Source: a candidate division WOR-3 bacterium
GTDB lineage: Bacteria; Hydrothermota; Tepidihabitantia; SM23-42; JAOAFX01
Reading direction: 5' to 3'
NCBI GenBank assembly: GCA_037444665.1
Contig: JBBILZ010000012.1
Coordinates: 1-46,518, forward strand
DNA: 46,518 nucleotides
The position numbers and the translations under genes are program-made. The notes beneath the pieces were generated by a model. The model had not been told where the DNA came from and made no database searches. It was given only the letters and a program-made list of their open reading frames with translations. Shown piece after piece: positions 10,201-18,044 of the stretch; within the stretch, counting starts at the first letter, position 1; the number at the start of each line of letters is the position of its first letter.

Positions 10201-10352
10201 CTTTGGCGGATTTCAACGAGAAGTTCTGAACTGATCTGAAGCGTATTATCAATATTTTGACCAGTATTTAAAAAATTATGGAAGTTCGCATCATATTGTG
10301 ATAACAAAGGCTTAAGCCTTGCGATAAATTCTTCGCGAAAACCATTATCCAT
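7209..10352 (-). CDS. Soluble chemoreceptor-like protein: two MCP signalling hairpins fused to a family-5 (Opp/Dpp-type) solute-binding domain
   Basis: Hairpins ASRNAGITAYHAGRQGRGFEVIA and KLLGLYAGIESARSGE. SBP_5 motifs LDPA, GVKFHNG, PIGCGPF, VRQAMNYAID. Start ATG 10352. No TM segment or signal peptide seen. Confidence 0.85.
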   Translation of the reverse strand: MDNGFREEFIARLKPLLSQYDANFHNFLNTGQNIDNTLQISSELLVEIRQRFYNLSVTVELVFEGVAVFDNEIKKTHELLKKSIKNFNDSLTISEKVSFDLNNITDILKKIHQQADKLGGIIQDIGLVSESIEVASRNAGITAYHAGRQGRGFEVIAREMTGLVRHSQKPTKTIPTIINELIIGVEELAQDLKKIQGVIDYLKEIAEKFININNELLNLVPYLENAIKDVSKTITTQKELHTNLHQESEKLPVYLEEIYNITRTTAITEIFLGAFFQHLNNVKNNLMTVDDDYNFNCFFNTFSKILENEPQIEEGFDKLVGGAFKKLDLYSAERFILQFVAEAKHLNEIIIQITERIKSWSKTHNFANETLSRAKVFYQDIRELLSSLNNKSYKLKELINKVDKPLQELKRITERSKLLGLYAGIESARSGEYASALEVVTNEIKTLSVRSLEFVASIDVLKNEIMKDFKVLISCFIRGLGDVELGQDALNTSLVAVNESIKVIDNLSALCQEMLGSTEQMISQCGLLGEHHRNFESEYKKISEYFVTYNETIKSEKALTKEMAGVVQEFKKEITFIPAEKKRIVFRTTEDPIVLDPAIRTDTTSHQVIEQIFTGLYTFDQLNHLIPAVGRSFSVSEDGRIWDFYIKKGVKFHNGVEVLAKDVLSSLNRVKKGPNANFFEYLSDIVVIDPYHIRFMLKFPYVPFLANLACGVGDIVPQDWNTESPIGCGPFKLISYEKDKEVILEAFDDFFDGRPYIDECIIKKVADDKEALELFKAGEISILNLTSDMLKEFSPEDICSGSVLSTQYLTVNFSKKSPFLDVRVRQAMNYAIDKEYYCRELLKEKAIPARGVYPPGLPGYNNNIIGYPYDLKKARELMKEAGYGAGIPDTFVLDVRTGKDSVKRAEFLRDSLGKIGIHLQINPLSWEEFLEKTYSGNSIMSLRGWVSDNGDPDNFTYTLFHSHSFGASGNTSFYSDEELDKMIESARSEQLPRRRIELYQKIEKWIVDNALWVFLSHGVDCYAVKKDIKGFVVDPFGIVRFRNLYCV

Positions 10353-10360
10353 ATATGTTA

Positions 10361-10388
10361 ATTTTATTAAATTTTTGCCACTTGTCAA
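10361..10388 (-). promoter_or_regulatory. Sigma70-like promoter for the chemoreceptor-cheW genes
   Basis: TTGACA-N16-TAAAAT; ATG follows 8 nt later. Confidence 0.6.
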
Positions 10389-10396
10389 TGGGAAGT

Positions 10397-11293
10397 TTAG
10401 ATGAGAAAAATAATTGTAACACCACAAAGTGCAATGATTGTGCCAATTATTGAAATATAGGTGATTCTTTCTTTAAAGACCCAGTGCGAAATTGGTATAA
10501 GGATTACTGGCGGTAATGCCATCAATGTTGATGCGATTCCTATATAAGCATACTGAATTGCTACTAAGGAGAGCCAGACTCCGATGAATGGACCGAAGAC
10601 CGCACCACCAAGCATTGCCAAATCTGCCTTTTTATTGACCAATTTACTCAGAGTCTTTTTTGTCTCTCCCTGAAAAAGAGTTATTAACCAGATGAAAATT
10701 GCGCCAAATAGCACTCTAATTAAATTGCCTGAAAGTGCTGAAAAATCATTAAGCAGGAGCCCTTTTTTTGAAGCAAAATAGCCAAGAGCCTGGCATAACG
10801 AAGCCAAAATTCCGCAGACCACTCCCGTAAAAAAATTTCCTTTCTTTGTGTTTTCGCTCGTTTTGTCATAAAGAACCATAATGATGCCGCAAATTGTAAT
10901 AATAATTGCAACAATTTCTAAGAAACTCAAAGATTCTTTAAGGAATATCCAAGCTAATACAGTTCCAAAGATAGGAGAAAGTGACATCAATAGCATAGTC
11001 AGACGAGGTCCAATCAGAACATATCCACGAAACAAAAATGTATCACCAATAGTGAATCCGATTACACCGGAGATACCAAACCAGAACCAGTGGTATGGCT
11101 GGGCATTTAAAGGAAGCACCATCCCGGATATGAGCCAGTGCGTAAAAATTAAAAAAAGCATACCCAGAACGAGCCTGATGCGGTTGACCTCAGTTGAGCC
11201 AATCAACCGGGAAGCGATTGTAAAAAATACAGAACCAAATGACCAGCAAAATGAAGTTCCCAATGCAGCAAATTCACCAATATACCTGTTCAT
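10397..11293 (-). CDS. DMT/EamA family transporter
   Basis: About 10 hydrophobic helices in two EamA repeats (GFTIGDTFLF, LSPIFGTVLAWIFLKE, FKERIT). Confidence 0.9.
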   Translation of the reverse strand: MNRYIGEFAALGTSFCWSFGSVFFTIASRLIGSTEVNRIRLVLGMLFLIFTHWLISGMVLPLNAQPYHWFWFGISGVIGFTIGDTFLFRGYVLIGPRLTMLLMSLSPIFGTVLAWIFLKESLSFLEIVAIIITICGIIMVLYDKTSENTKKGNFFTGVVCGILASLCQALGYFASKKGLLLNDFSALSGNLIRVLFGAIFIWLITLFQGETKKTLSKLVNKKADLAMLGGAVFGPFIGVWLSLVAIQYAYIGIASTLMALPPVILIPISHWVFKERITYISIIGTIIALCGVTIIFLI

Positions 11294-11337
11294 TTATGAT
11301 GTAGTAAATTTTTTGTTAAAAATATATATAATATAAA

Positions 11338-11410
11338 TGCCAGGGCGCAGAATCGAACTGCGGACACCCGGATTTTCAGTCCGGTGCTCTACCAACTGAG
11401 CTACCCTGGC
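11338..11410 (-). tRNA. tRNA-Phe (GAA)
   Basis: GCCAGGGTAGCTCAGTTGGTAGAGCACCGGACTGAAAATCCGGGTGTCCGCAGTTCGATTCTGCGCCCTGGCA folds as a cloverleaf; CCA not encoded. Confidence 0.97.
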
Positions 11411-11421
11411 TAATGTGAATT

Positions 11422-11449
11422 ATTATATAAAAATTTTGACGAAAGTCAA
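11422..11449 (-). promoter_or_regulatory. Promoter for tRNA-Phe
   Basis: TTGACT-N16-TATAAT. Confidence 0.7.
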
Positions 11450-11457
11450 GAAATTTT

Positions 11458-12384
11458 TTACCTCTCCTCCCTTATGGCGCCGACGAGCTCTTCAATAAGG
11501 TCATAGATGGTTACGATACCAGTGACTTCATTATTATCGTTCTTAACAATGGCAAAAAACTCTTTATTTTCCTTCATCTTCAAAAATGTCGGCATACATC
11601 GCTCATTTTCATTCACAAAAAAAGGAGGTCTGATTTCCGCCCGTCCATTTAAAAAATAGTCCCTGGTATTTACAATGCCGATAATATTAATCTTGCCCTT
11701 CTCATAGATTGGTATATACCGAAAAATTTTTGGTGATTCAAAACAGAATTTATCAAAATCCTCACCCTTTTCGCAGGCAACGGTCATTGCAATAGGAACC
11801 ATCACTTCGTTGACCTTTCTTTTAGAAAAATCAAATAGCCTTGAAGCGAGTAAACTTGTATCCTTCTCGTATTCACCAATTGCAAAAACAATATCCTGAT
11901 GCCTTATAATTGCATTCTTTTGCCGATTTTTGAACAAACTTGCAATACCTTGACTGATACCCGCAAATAATGCCACGACCGGTATAAGAAGTATTCTAAA
12001 ATACCAGATGATACCTGTTGTAAAATTCAATGTTTTCTCTGGATAGTTCAAGGCAATTGATTTAGGAATTAACTGTCCAAAAATTAAAGAAAAGAGCGAA
12101 AGTATTATCGTTGATAAAAATACCCAGTTTTCTCCAAAATTTCTGATAAAAAATAGCGCCAGCAGATTGGATGATATTACAATCAGAAAATCTTCACACA
12201 CCAGAATTGTAGAAAAGAATTCTGCTGGGTTCTCAACAAATCGCTTGGTTATAAGTGCCCAGGTCTTCTTCTGTTCAGCAGCATAAAAAACCTTTGTTTT
12301 ATCAACACACAAATAGCCTGTTTCTGAAGCAGTAAAAATACCCATAACCAGAATAATAAATAGTGAGGCAAGAATTAAAAGCAT
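11458..12384 (-). CDS. CNNM (DUF21)/CBS domain protein
   Basis: FTASETG, FGQLIPKSIA, GIVTIYDLIEELVG. Confidence 0.85.
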   Translation of the reverse strand: MLLILASLFIILVMGIFTASETGYLCVDKTKVFYAAEQKKTWALITKRFVENPAEFFSTILVCEDFLIVISSNLLALFFIRNFGENWVFLSTIILSLFSLIFGQLIPKSIALNYPEKTLNFTTGIIWYFRILLIPVVALFAGISQGIASLFKNRQKNAIIRHQDIVFAIGEYEKDTSLLASRLFDFSKRKVNEVMVPIAMTVACEKGEDFDKFCFESPKIFRYIPIYEKGKINIIGIVNTRDYFLNGRAEIRPPFFVNENERCMPTFLKMKENKEFFAIVKNDNNEVTGIVTIYDLIEELVGAIREER

Positions 12385-12385
12385 A

Positions 12386-13357
12386 CTATGGCCCTGTTAT
12401 TTCTCCAAAAAGATACCTGAATACATCATTCAAAGTCACAATACCCAAAAAAAATTCGCTTTCATCATTGACCACAGCAAAATGGACTGCCTTTTTTCTA
12501 AATTCAGTAAGTAGTTCATCAATTGGTTTATTTTTCAATACAAAAAATGGTTTACGCATCACCTCTGAAATTTTTGTCTCAAGTGGTAATGCCTGCGAAA
12601 GAATGTCTTTGGCATATAATACACCGACCACTCTATTTTTATCATCATAAACAACAACCCGTGAATGGCCACTTTCTTTAATTATTTCCATTGCCTCAGA
12701 TAATGTCTTATCCGCTTCTAAACCGACTACCTGCGGTGCTGGTATCAAAACTTCTTCAACAAGTGCCCGACCAAATTTTAGTATCTGATAGCCTAATCGT
12801 TCTTCATTCTCATCAAGGATCCGCATCTTTTTCGCCTCCAGTAGCATCGCCCTTATATCTTCTTCAGAGATTGCGACAACTTTTTCCTGTGGTATAATTA
12901 AATGAACAATTTTAGAGGTCAACGCTGTAATAGGTTCTGTTATTTTATTTAAAAAAATAATGATAAAACTTAAATTTAAACCAAAAAACTCCGCATTATT
13001 CAATGCAATCGTTTTGGGGGTGATCTCGCCAAACACAAGGAGAACAAATGTCATTAAAAAAATTTCAAGAACAACAAAAAAAATAGGATTCAGATGGTAT
13101 TGTATAAATATCTGGTTGATAATGACCGCTGCCACTGATGAAGCGCCAATATTTACTAAATTATTTAGCAGTAGTAATGCTGAGAGAGTCTTTCCCGGGT
13201 CCTCTTTTACCCGGCTCAGGCTTTTTGCACCCCTGATGTTTTCAAATAAGAGACTCTTTACCCGGAACTTGCCTATTGAAAATATTGCCGCCTCCATACC
13301 AGAAAAAAAAGCACTGCATACGAGAAGAATCAATATTAAAATAATATGGTATAACAT
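12386..13357 (-). CDS. CNNM/CBS (HlyC/CorC-like) transporter
   Basis: SAFFSGMEAA, FGEITPKTIA, GHSRVVV, GIVTLND. Confidence 0.88.
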   Translation of the reverse strand: MLYHIILILILLVCSAFFSGMEAAIFSIGKFRVKSLLFENIRGAKSLSRVKEDPGKTLSALLLLNNLVNIGASSVAAVIINQIFIQYHLNPIFFVVLEIFLMTFVLLVFGEITPKTIALNNAEFFGLNLSFIIIFLNKITEPITALTSKIVHLIIPQEKVVAISEEDIRAMLLEAKKMRILDENEERLGYQILKFGRALVEEVLIPAPQVVGLEADKTLSEAMEIIKESGHSRVVVYDDKNRVVGVLYAKDILSQALPLETKISEVMRKPFFVLKNKPIDELLTEFRKKAVHFAVVNDESEFFLGIVTLNDVFRYLFGEITGP

Positions 13358-13370
13358 AAAAAAACAAGAC

Positions 13371-13784
13371 CTACAAAATTAAAAAATCTCTCAAATACAA
13401 TCGGCACTTATTGTCCATCAGCTGTTCTGTTCTTTTATTATAATGGTCATAGCCTATAATATGTAATAGTCCGTGAACAATATAATAATAAAAATCTTCA
13501 GGAAAATGAACATCATCACGGGAAATATAAATCTCACCAACACCATCTAAATTAAATGAGATAACATTCGTGGTTTTATTTTTATGAAAAAATTTTTTGT
13601 TCAGTCCTTTTAAATATTGAGCATTTGCAATGATAATATTCAATGACATAAGTTTTTTATAATTTTCTTTTTTAATAACATATTTCACTAACCGCTTTAA
13701 CTTCATTTCATTACCAATCTTATGCTTTGTTATATTAAATATGTTTATCTTTAGTGTTTGCGTCTTCTTCTTCATAATCAACAC
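13371..13784 (-). CDS. ybeY: rRNA maturation RNase YbeY
   Basis: HGLLHIIGYDH metal motif; phoH-HD-ybeY context. Start may be ATG 13775. Confidence 0.85.
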   Translation of the reverse strand: MLIMKKKTQTLKINIFNITKHKIGNEMKLKRLVKYVIKKENYKKLMSLNIIIANAQYLKGLNKKFFHKNKTTNVISFNLDGVGEIYISRDDVHFPEDFYYYIVHGLLHIIGYDHYNKRTEQLMDNKCRLYLRDFLIL

Positions 13785-15807
13785 GGGGATGGAAGATACC
13801 CATCAATATTGGTAAAAAGGCAGTCTTTATCTGTTCCAGGTCAACCCGGTTAATGGGACAGTCGTCCAGCTGCCCTTCATTAAATTTTTTGTCAAAATTC
13901 TCTTTCAGAATCTTCTGTAATTTGCTTACAGTAATATTTTTTTCTGCCCGTGCTGTTGCTTCTACAGAATCCGCAAGCATCACGACTGCGGCTTCTTTGG
14001 TCTTCGGCTTTGGACCAGGATAATTGAATACTTCTTCACTCACCTTCTCTGCAGAGTGTAATGCCTTACGATAGAAACTTTCAATACGCGATGTCCCATG
14101 ATGTTCAGCAATGATGGACAAAATATTTTTTGGTAATTTCATATCTTTCCCCGTCTCATAGCCGTCCTTGACATGGGAGATGATAACCAATGCACTCATC
14201 TGTGGTTTCAAATTATCATGAGGGTTCTTCTGACCAATCTGGTTTTCAATAAAATATTCTGGCTTCTTTAATTTCCCTATATCATGATAATAAGCACCGA
14301 CCCGGGCAAATACTGGGTCAGCTCCAATTGCTGATGCACCTGCTTCAGCAAGATTCCCTACCACAACAGAATGATGATAGGTTCCAGGTGCACGCATTGA
14401 CATCTCTTTAAAAATAGGAAGGTTAAGATTTCCCAATTCTAAGAGTGTAAAATCAGTTGTAAAATCAAAAATGCTTTCAAAGAGCGGCAATAATATTATC
14501 AATGCTACAACACTTATAATCCCGTTTAATAAACCAGCACCAATATTGATCAGGTTAATGCGTGAAGCAGACAAATAAAGATCAATAAAAATAATGGTAA
14601 CAGCATTAGTGGTACACATATATATCATCGGCTGGAACATAAGATATCTACTTTTTATCGCGTGCGTTGTGAGGCTCGCAATTATTCCACCCACGAGCAG
14701 AAATAAAAAAATCGGCAGTGAGTTGTAAATAACACCAATAAGCGAACTAAAAATAATAGCAAAGAAGAATCCAGCAAATACATTAAAATAGAGAGAAAAC
14801 AAAAAAATAAAAAATGATACAGGGAGAAGATATATAGCATTGGTCTCGTATGTTATCCTGCCAATTACAGCATAAATTAAAAATAGTGCGACACTGAACA
14901 TTAGATTTTTGTTTTCAATAATATCCAGTTTTGTTCTTCTGGCAAAATAAACGACGGAAAAAATGAGGCTCAAAAACAATAGATTACGAAAAATCAAAGT
15001 TTTCAATATTTGCCAGGTTCCATAAGATATGTATGTTCTTTCCAAAGCAACAATCTTTTCCAGGGCTTTACGGTCAATCTTCTTATGTTTCTCTATAATT
15101 AATTCTCCTTTTAAAACTTCTCCCTTTGTTTTTTTCACATTGGCAAAGACTTCTTCAATCCGCGCATTAGTTTTCTGTTCGTTAAATATAATGTTCGGCT
15201 TAATAAAATATTTAATTAATTGTCTATACTCATTTACTGCCTTTATGCTGAGTAAACTTTCTACCTCAGCAATTGCATAGACTTCATCAATTGAAATTAA
15301 TGTTTCCTTGTCTCCACGGGTAATAATTAAAATTCTATTCGGGACAGATTTGTTTATAACAATACCCTTTGAAAGATAAAAACTGAGGTCTTTCAGCAAT
15401 CTTTTTAAGAGATACTTGTAATTATTTTTTAATAAATAAGAAATAACATCCTTAGGCAATCCGTATTCTTTCTGAATTATGTAAACTAAGGTATCTCTGG
15501 GATAACGATTTTTCAATGTATCAATCAGCACTTCTAATTGATTGATACTCTGCTCTAAATTTTCTATAATACCAGTATTATAATCGTAAATTAAAGGCAA
15601 ACGCTGTGCAATCTGATTTTTTTCTTCAATCAATTCCTGCTCTGTTTTGGGAATGGAAAATTTGTATGGTGCGATTACATCTTCAGTAGCTATTTCTCCT
15701 TCTTTAAAACTAAAATGTCTACCCCGGAATTCAGGTAAAAAAATGATATTCAAAAATATTAGAATCCCAATAAAAACAGGATATTTATAAGGAATTTTTA
15801 TTTTCAT
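13735..15807 (-). CDS. 7TM-HD (HDIG) phosphohydrolase, PgpH-like cyclic-di-AMP phosphodiesterase family
   Basis: APGTYHHS, YYHDIGK, EHHGT, MLADSVEA and a 7TM region. Start reassigned to ATG 15807. Confidence 0.88.
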   Translation of the reverse strand: MKIKIPYKYPVFIGILIFLNIIFLPEFRGRHFSFKEGEIATEDVIAPYKFSIPKTEQELIEEKNQIAQRLPLIYDYNTGIIENLEQSINQLEVLIDTLKNRYPRDTLVYIIQKEYGLPKDVISYLLKNNYKYLLKRLLKDLSFYLSKGIVINKSVPNRILIITRGDKETLISIDEVYAIAEVESLLSIKAVNEYRQLIKYFIKPNIIFNEQKTNARIEEVFANVKKTKGEVLKGELIIEKHKKIDRKALEKIVALERTYISYGTWQILKTLIFRNLLFLSLIFSVVYFARRTKLDIIENKNLMFSVALFLIYAVIGRITYETNAIYLLPVSFFIFLFSLYFNVFAGFFFAIIFSSLIGVIYNSLPIFLFLLVGGIIASLTTHAIKSRYLMFQPMIYMCTTNAVTIIFIDLYLSASRINLINIGAGLLNGIISVVALIILLPLFESIFDFTTDFTLLELGNLNLPIFKEMSMRAPGTYHHSVVVGNLAEAGASAIGADPVFARVGAYYHDIGKLKKPEYFIENQIGQKNPHDNLKPQMSALVIISHVKDGYETGKDMKLPKNILSIIAEHHGTSRIESFYRKALHSAEKVSEEVFNYPGPKPKTKEAAVVMLADSVEATARAEKNITVSKLQKILKENFDKKFNEGQLDDCPINRVDLEQIKTAFLPILMGIFHPRVDYEEEDANTKDKHI

Positions 15808-16687
15808 AAGCTTTAATAATATCTTGAACAAGTCTATGTCTAACAACATCCTTTTCATCAAGGTATACAAATTTGATTCCTTTAATACCAGATAAAAGTT
15901 CTTGAATCTCAATAAGTCCGGAGAGGACATTTTGCGGTAGGTCAACCTGCGTAATATCGCCGGTAACAACAACCTTTGACCTCCAGCCCATTCTTGTAAG
16001 AAACATCTTCATCTGCATACCGGTTGTGTTCTGGGCTTCGTCAAGGATTATAAAAGAATCATTGAGTGTTCTACCACGCATATAGGCAAGCGGTGCAACT
16101 TCAATAACCTTCATATCAAGATATTTTCTAATGCGGTCATAAGGTAAAAAATCATTCAGGGCATCAAACAGAGGCCGTAAATAAGGGTCTACTTTTTCTT
16201 CAATTGCACCTGGAAGGAATCCGAGCGATTCACCCGCTTCCACTGCTGGACGGGTAAGGATAATCCGTTCCACTTTTTTCTCCATCAGATATGCAACTGC
16301 TTTAGCAACACCAAGATAGGTCTTACCAGTGCCTGCTGGACCGATGCTGACCACAATATCATATTCATCAATTGAACTTAAATATACTGATTGTCCAGGA
16401 CCTTTTGCCCAAATCTTTCTTTTAGGAGTTATTACTGCGTGAGCATCTTCAGGTTGATTATTTTCAGCCGATTTCTTAAAAATGAATGGCTTCGGATAGA
16501 CCTTGAGCACTTCCTGGATAAAATTCTTTGCCAGTTTAACTTTATCAGAGGAACCCTTGAGATATATTGTATCATTGCGCATTACCACAATGATTCCAAA
16601 CTCATGTTGAATATATCTCAATAATTCATCCTGCATACCCAAAATGTATGCAGGGTCATAACCGACAAGTGAGATTTCGGCTTTCAA
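15785..16687 (-). CDS. phoH: PhoH family ATPase
   Basis: GPAGTGKTYL, RPAVEAGESLGFLPG, LAYMRGRTL, DEAQN. Confidence 0.95.
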   Translation of the reverse strand: MKAEISLVGYDPAYILGMQDELLRYIQHEFGIIVVMRNDTIYLKGSSDKVKLAKNFIQEVLKVYPKPFIFKKSAENNQPEDAHAVITPKRKIWAKGPGQSVYLSSIDEYDIVVSIGPAGTGKTYLGVAKAVAYLMEKKVERIILTRPAVEAGESLGFLPGAIEEKVDPYLRPLFDALNDFLPYDRIRKYLDMKVIEVAPLAYMRGRTLNDSFIILDEAQNTTGMQMKMFLTRMGWRSKVVVTGDITQVDLPQNVLSGLIEIQELLSGIKGIKFVYLDEKDVVRHRLVQDIIKAYENKNSL

Positions 16688-16707
16688 TAAATTTTTTAGA
16701 AATTAAC

Positions 16708-16731
16708 AGGAGGGGCATTTCAGCCCCTCCT
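16708..16731 (-). terminator. Hairpin downstream of the LysM gene
   Basis: AGGAGGGGC/GCCCCTCCT 9-bp stem with 6-nt loop; weak U-tract. Confidence 0.6.
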
Positions 16732-16741
16732 AAATCTTTAA

Positions 16742-17332
16742 TTAATCGTGCGGTATGGTCAGAACCTGTTTGGGATAAATCAAATCAGGGTCCTTAATCT
16801 TATCTTTATTAGCCTCATATATCTCTGGCCATCTTTTGGCATCAGAATATATTGATAAATATGTGGCAATTAGCCAGAGGCAGTCACCTGGAACAATGGT
16901 ATAGTTATCAAGGGTTGGTATTAAAAGGACCCAGTTCGGATAGATTAGATTTGGATTTTTAATCTTATCCTTATTTGCCTCATATATCATAGGCCATTTT
17001 TTACCATCGCCATAAACATTGCGCATACTGGCAATCTTTGATAGCCAATCACCCTCATTGACCTTATACCTGCCATATTGGCATATTTTCCAGGCTTCCT
17101 GCAGTTGGGCAAGTTTGTTCTTTAATTCATCGCGCCTTGCCTCAAGGCTTGCAATATCTGATTTCAAAGATGCAATCTCAGATTCCAGAGAGGCTATACG
17201 CTGTTCAGCTTGCTGGAGTTTTTCTTTTACTGATGCAAGCTCTGCTTGCGCCTGTTCTTCAGTCAATTTCTCCTGAGCAAATGCAGGGAGAATAAGAACC
17301 AATATAAATAATATTCCAATAAGTCTTCTCAT
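16742..17332 (-). CDS. Secreted coiled-coil protein with two LysM domains
   Basis: Signal peptide (PAFA-QE), heptad coiled coil, two copies of YxV..GD.L..IA...WP.IYEANKDKIK.P.LIYP. Confidence 0.9.
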   Translation of the reverse strand: MRRLIGILFILVLILPAFAQEKLTEEQAQAELASVKEKLQQAEQRIASLESEIASLKSDIASLEARRDELKNKLAQLQEAWKICQYGRYKVNEGDWLSKIASMRNVYGDGKKWPMIYEANKDKIKNPNLIYPNWVLLIPTLDNYTIVPGDCLWLIATYLSIYSDAKRWPEIYEANKDKIKDPDLIYPKQVLTIPHD

Positions 17333-17341
17333 TTTTGCCTC

Positions 17342-17602
17342 CTATTTCTTTTTGCAACGCGTATCAATCTTTGTCTGCAATGCATCAACCTCAGCAGATA
17401 GATTCGCAATTTCCTGTTCCAGTTCCGCCTTTTGAGCAAGCAATTGCGTTTTCTCGTTCTCCAGCTCGCTTATCTTTGCCTCAGCTGCTTGTAGGGCAGC
17501 ACGTGCTTCATTAAGGGCATCCATCGTTTCCTTCTTTGCCCATTTAGGACCACAACCAACAAATATCAAAGCAAGAAGGAAGATCGCAACTATCTTTTGC
17601 AT
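17342..17602 (-). CDS. Small coiled-coil lipoprotein
   Basis: Lipobox FVG-C, heptad repeat, C-terminal RCKKK. AGAGGAGG RBS supports ATG 17602. Confidence 0.8.
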   Translation of the reverse strand: MQKIVAIFLLALIFVGCGPKWAKKETMDALNEARAALQAAEAKISELENEKTQLLAQKAELEQEIANLSAEVDALQTKIDTRCKKK

Positions 17603-17636
17603 AATGCCACCTCCTCTAATCGTTAGCATTATTTTA

Positions 17637-17664
17637 ATTATATATAAATAATGTCAAAAGTCAA
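17637..17664 (-). promoter_or_regulatory. Promoter for the lipoprotein-LysM genes
   Basis: TTGACT-N16-TATAAT. Confidence 0.65.
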
Positions 17665-17670
17665 GCACAT

Positions 17671-17966
17671 TTTGGTCTATTCCCTCGCATTTGCTCGGGA
17701 CCTTCGGCTGGTCTATTTGGTTTATCTGGTTTGTGAAGTTTTAAAACACGCTACATGACACTTTGACGATTGACGAAACGCTTTTCGCAACCGTATAACG
17801 AAAGACGATTAAGTGAATGGTCTATGGTTATAGGGCATGGATGTTTCTTTGATTCTCGATTCTGGATACTTGTTTCTACCTACTACTTGCTACCTACTCA
17901 TCCCCCCATCCTCATATCTGCCCTTTTTCGCCCTCTTGCCCTCTTTAGCCCTTTTTCGCCCTCTTT
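17671..17966. repeat. Mosaic of degenerate 7-10-bp tandem repeats
   Basis: Blocks based on TGGTCTATT, ATGGTY, GATTCTN, CTAC and GCCCTYTT. Confidence 0.75.
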
Positions 17967-18009
17967 ATTGTATAAGGATATTTACTCTAAAATCTACCTT
18001 ATCTTTTTA

Positions 18010-18037
18010 TTGACTTGAGTATAAAAAGGCATATAAT
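18010..18037 (+). promoter_or_regulatory. Promoter of the rnf operon (likely leaderless)
   Basis: TTGACT-N16-TATAAT; ATG 18045 follows 7 nt later with no SD. Confidence 0.7.
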
Positions 18038-18044
18038 ACCGCTG

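Noticed and set aside
11338..11460. tRNA-Phe as an integration site
   Set aside because: No integrase and no duplicated tRNA 3' end seen in the window.
11458..16687. phoH-HD-ybeY-CNNM cluster as a novel system
   Set aside because: A widely conserved housekeeping neighbourhood.
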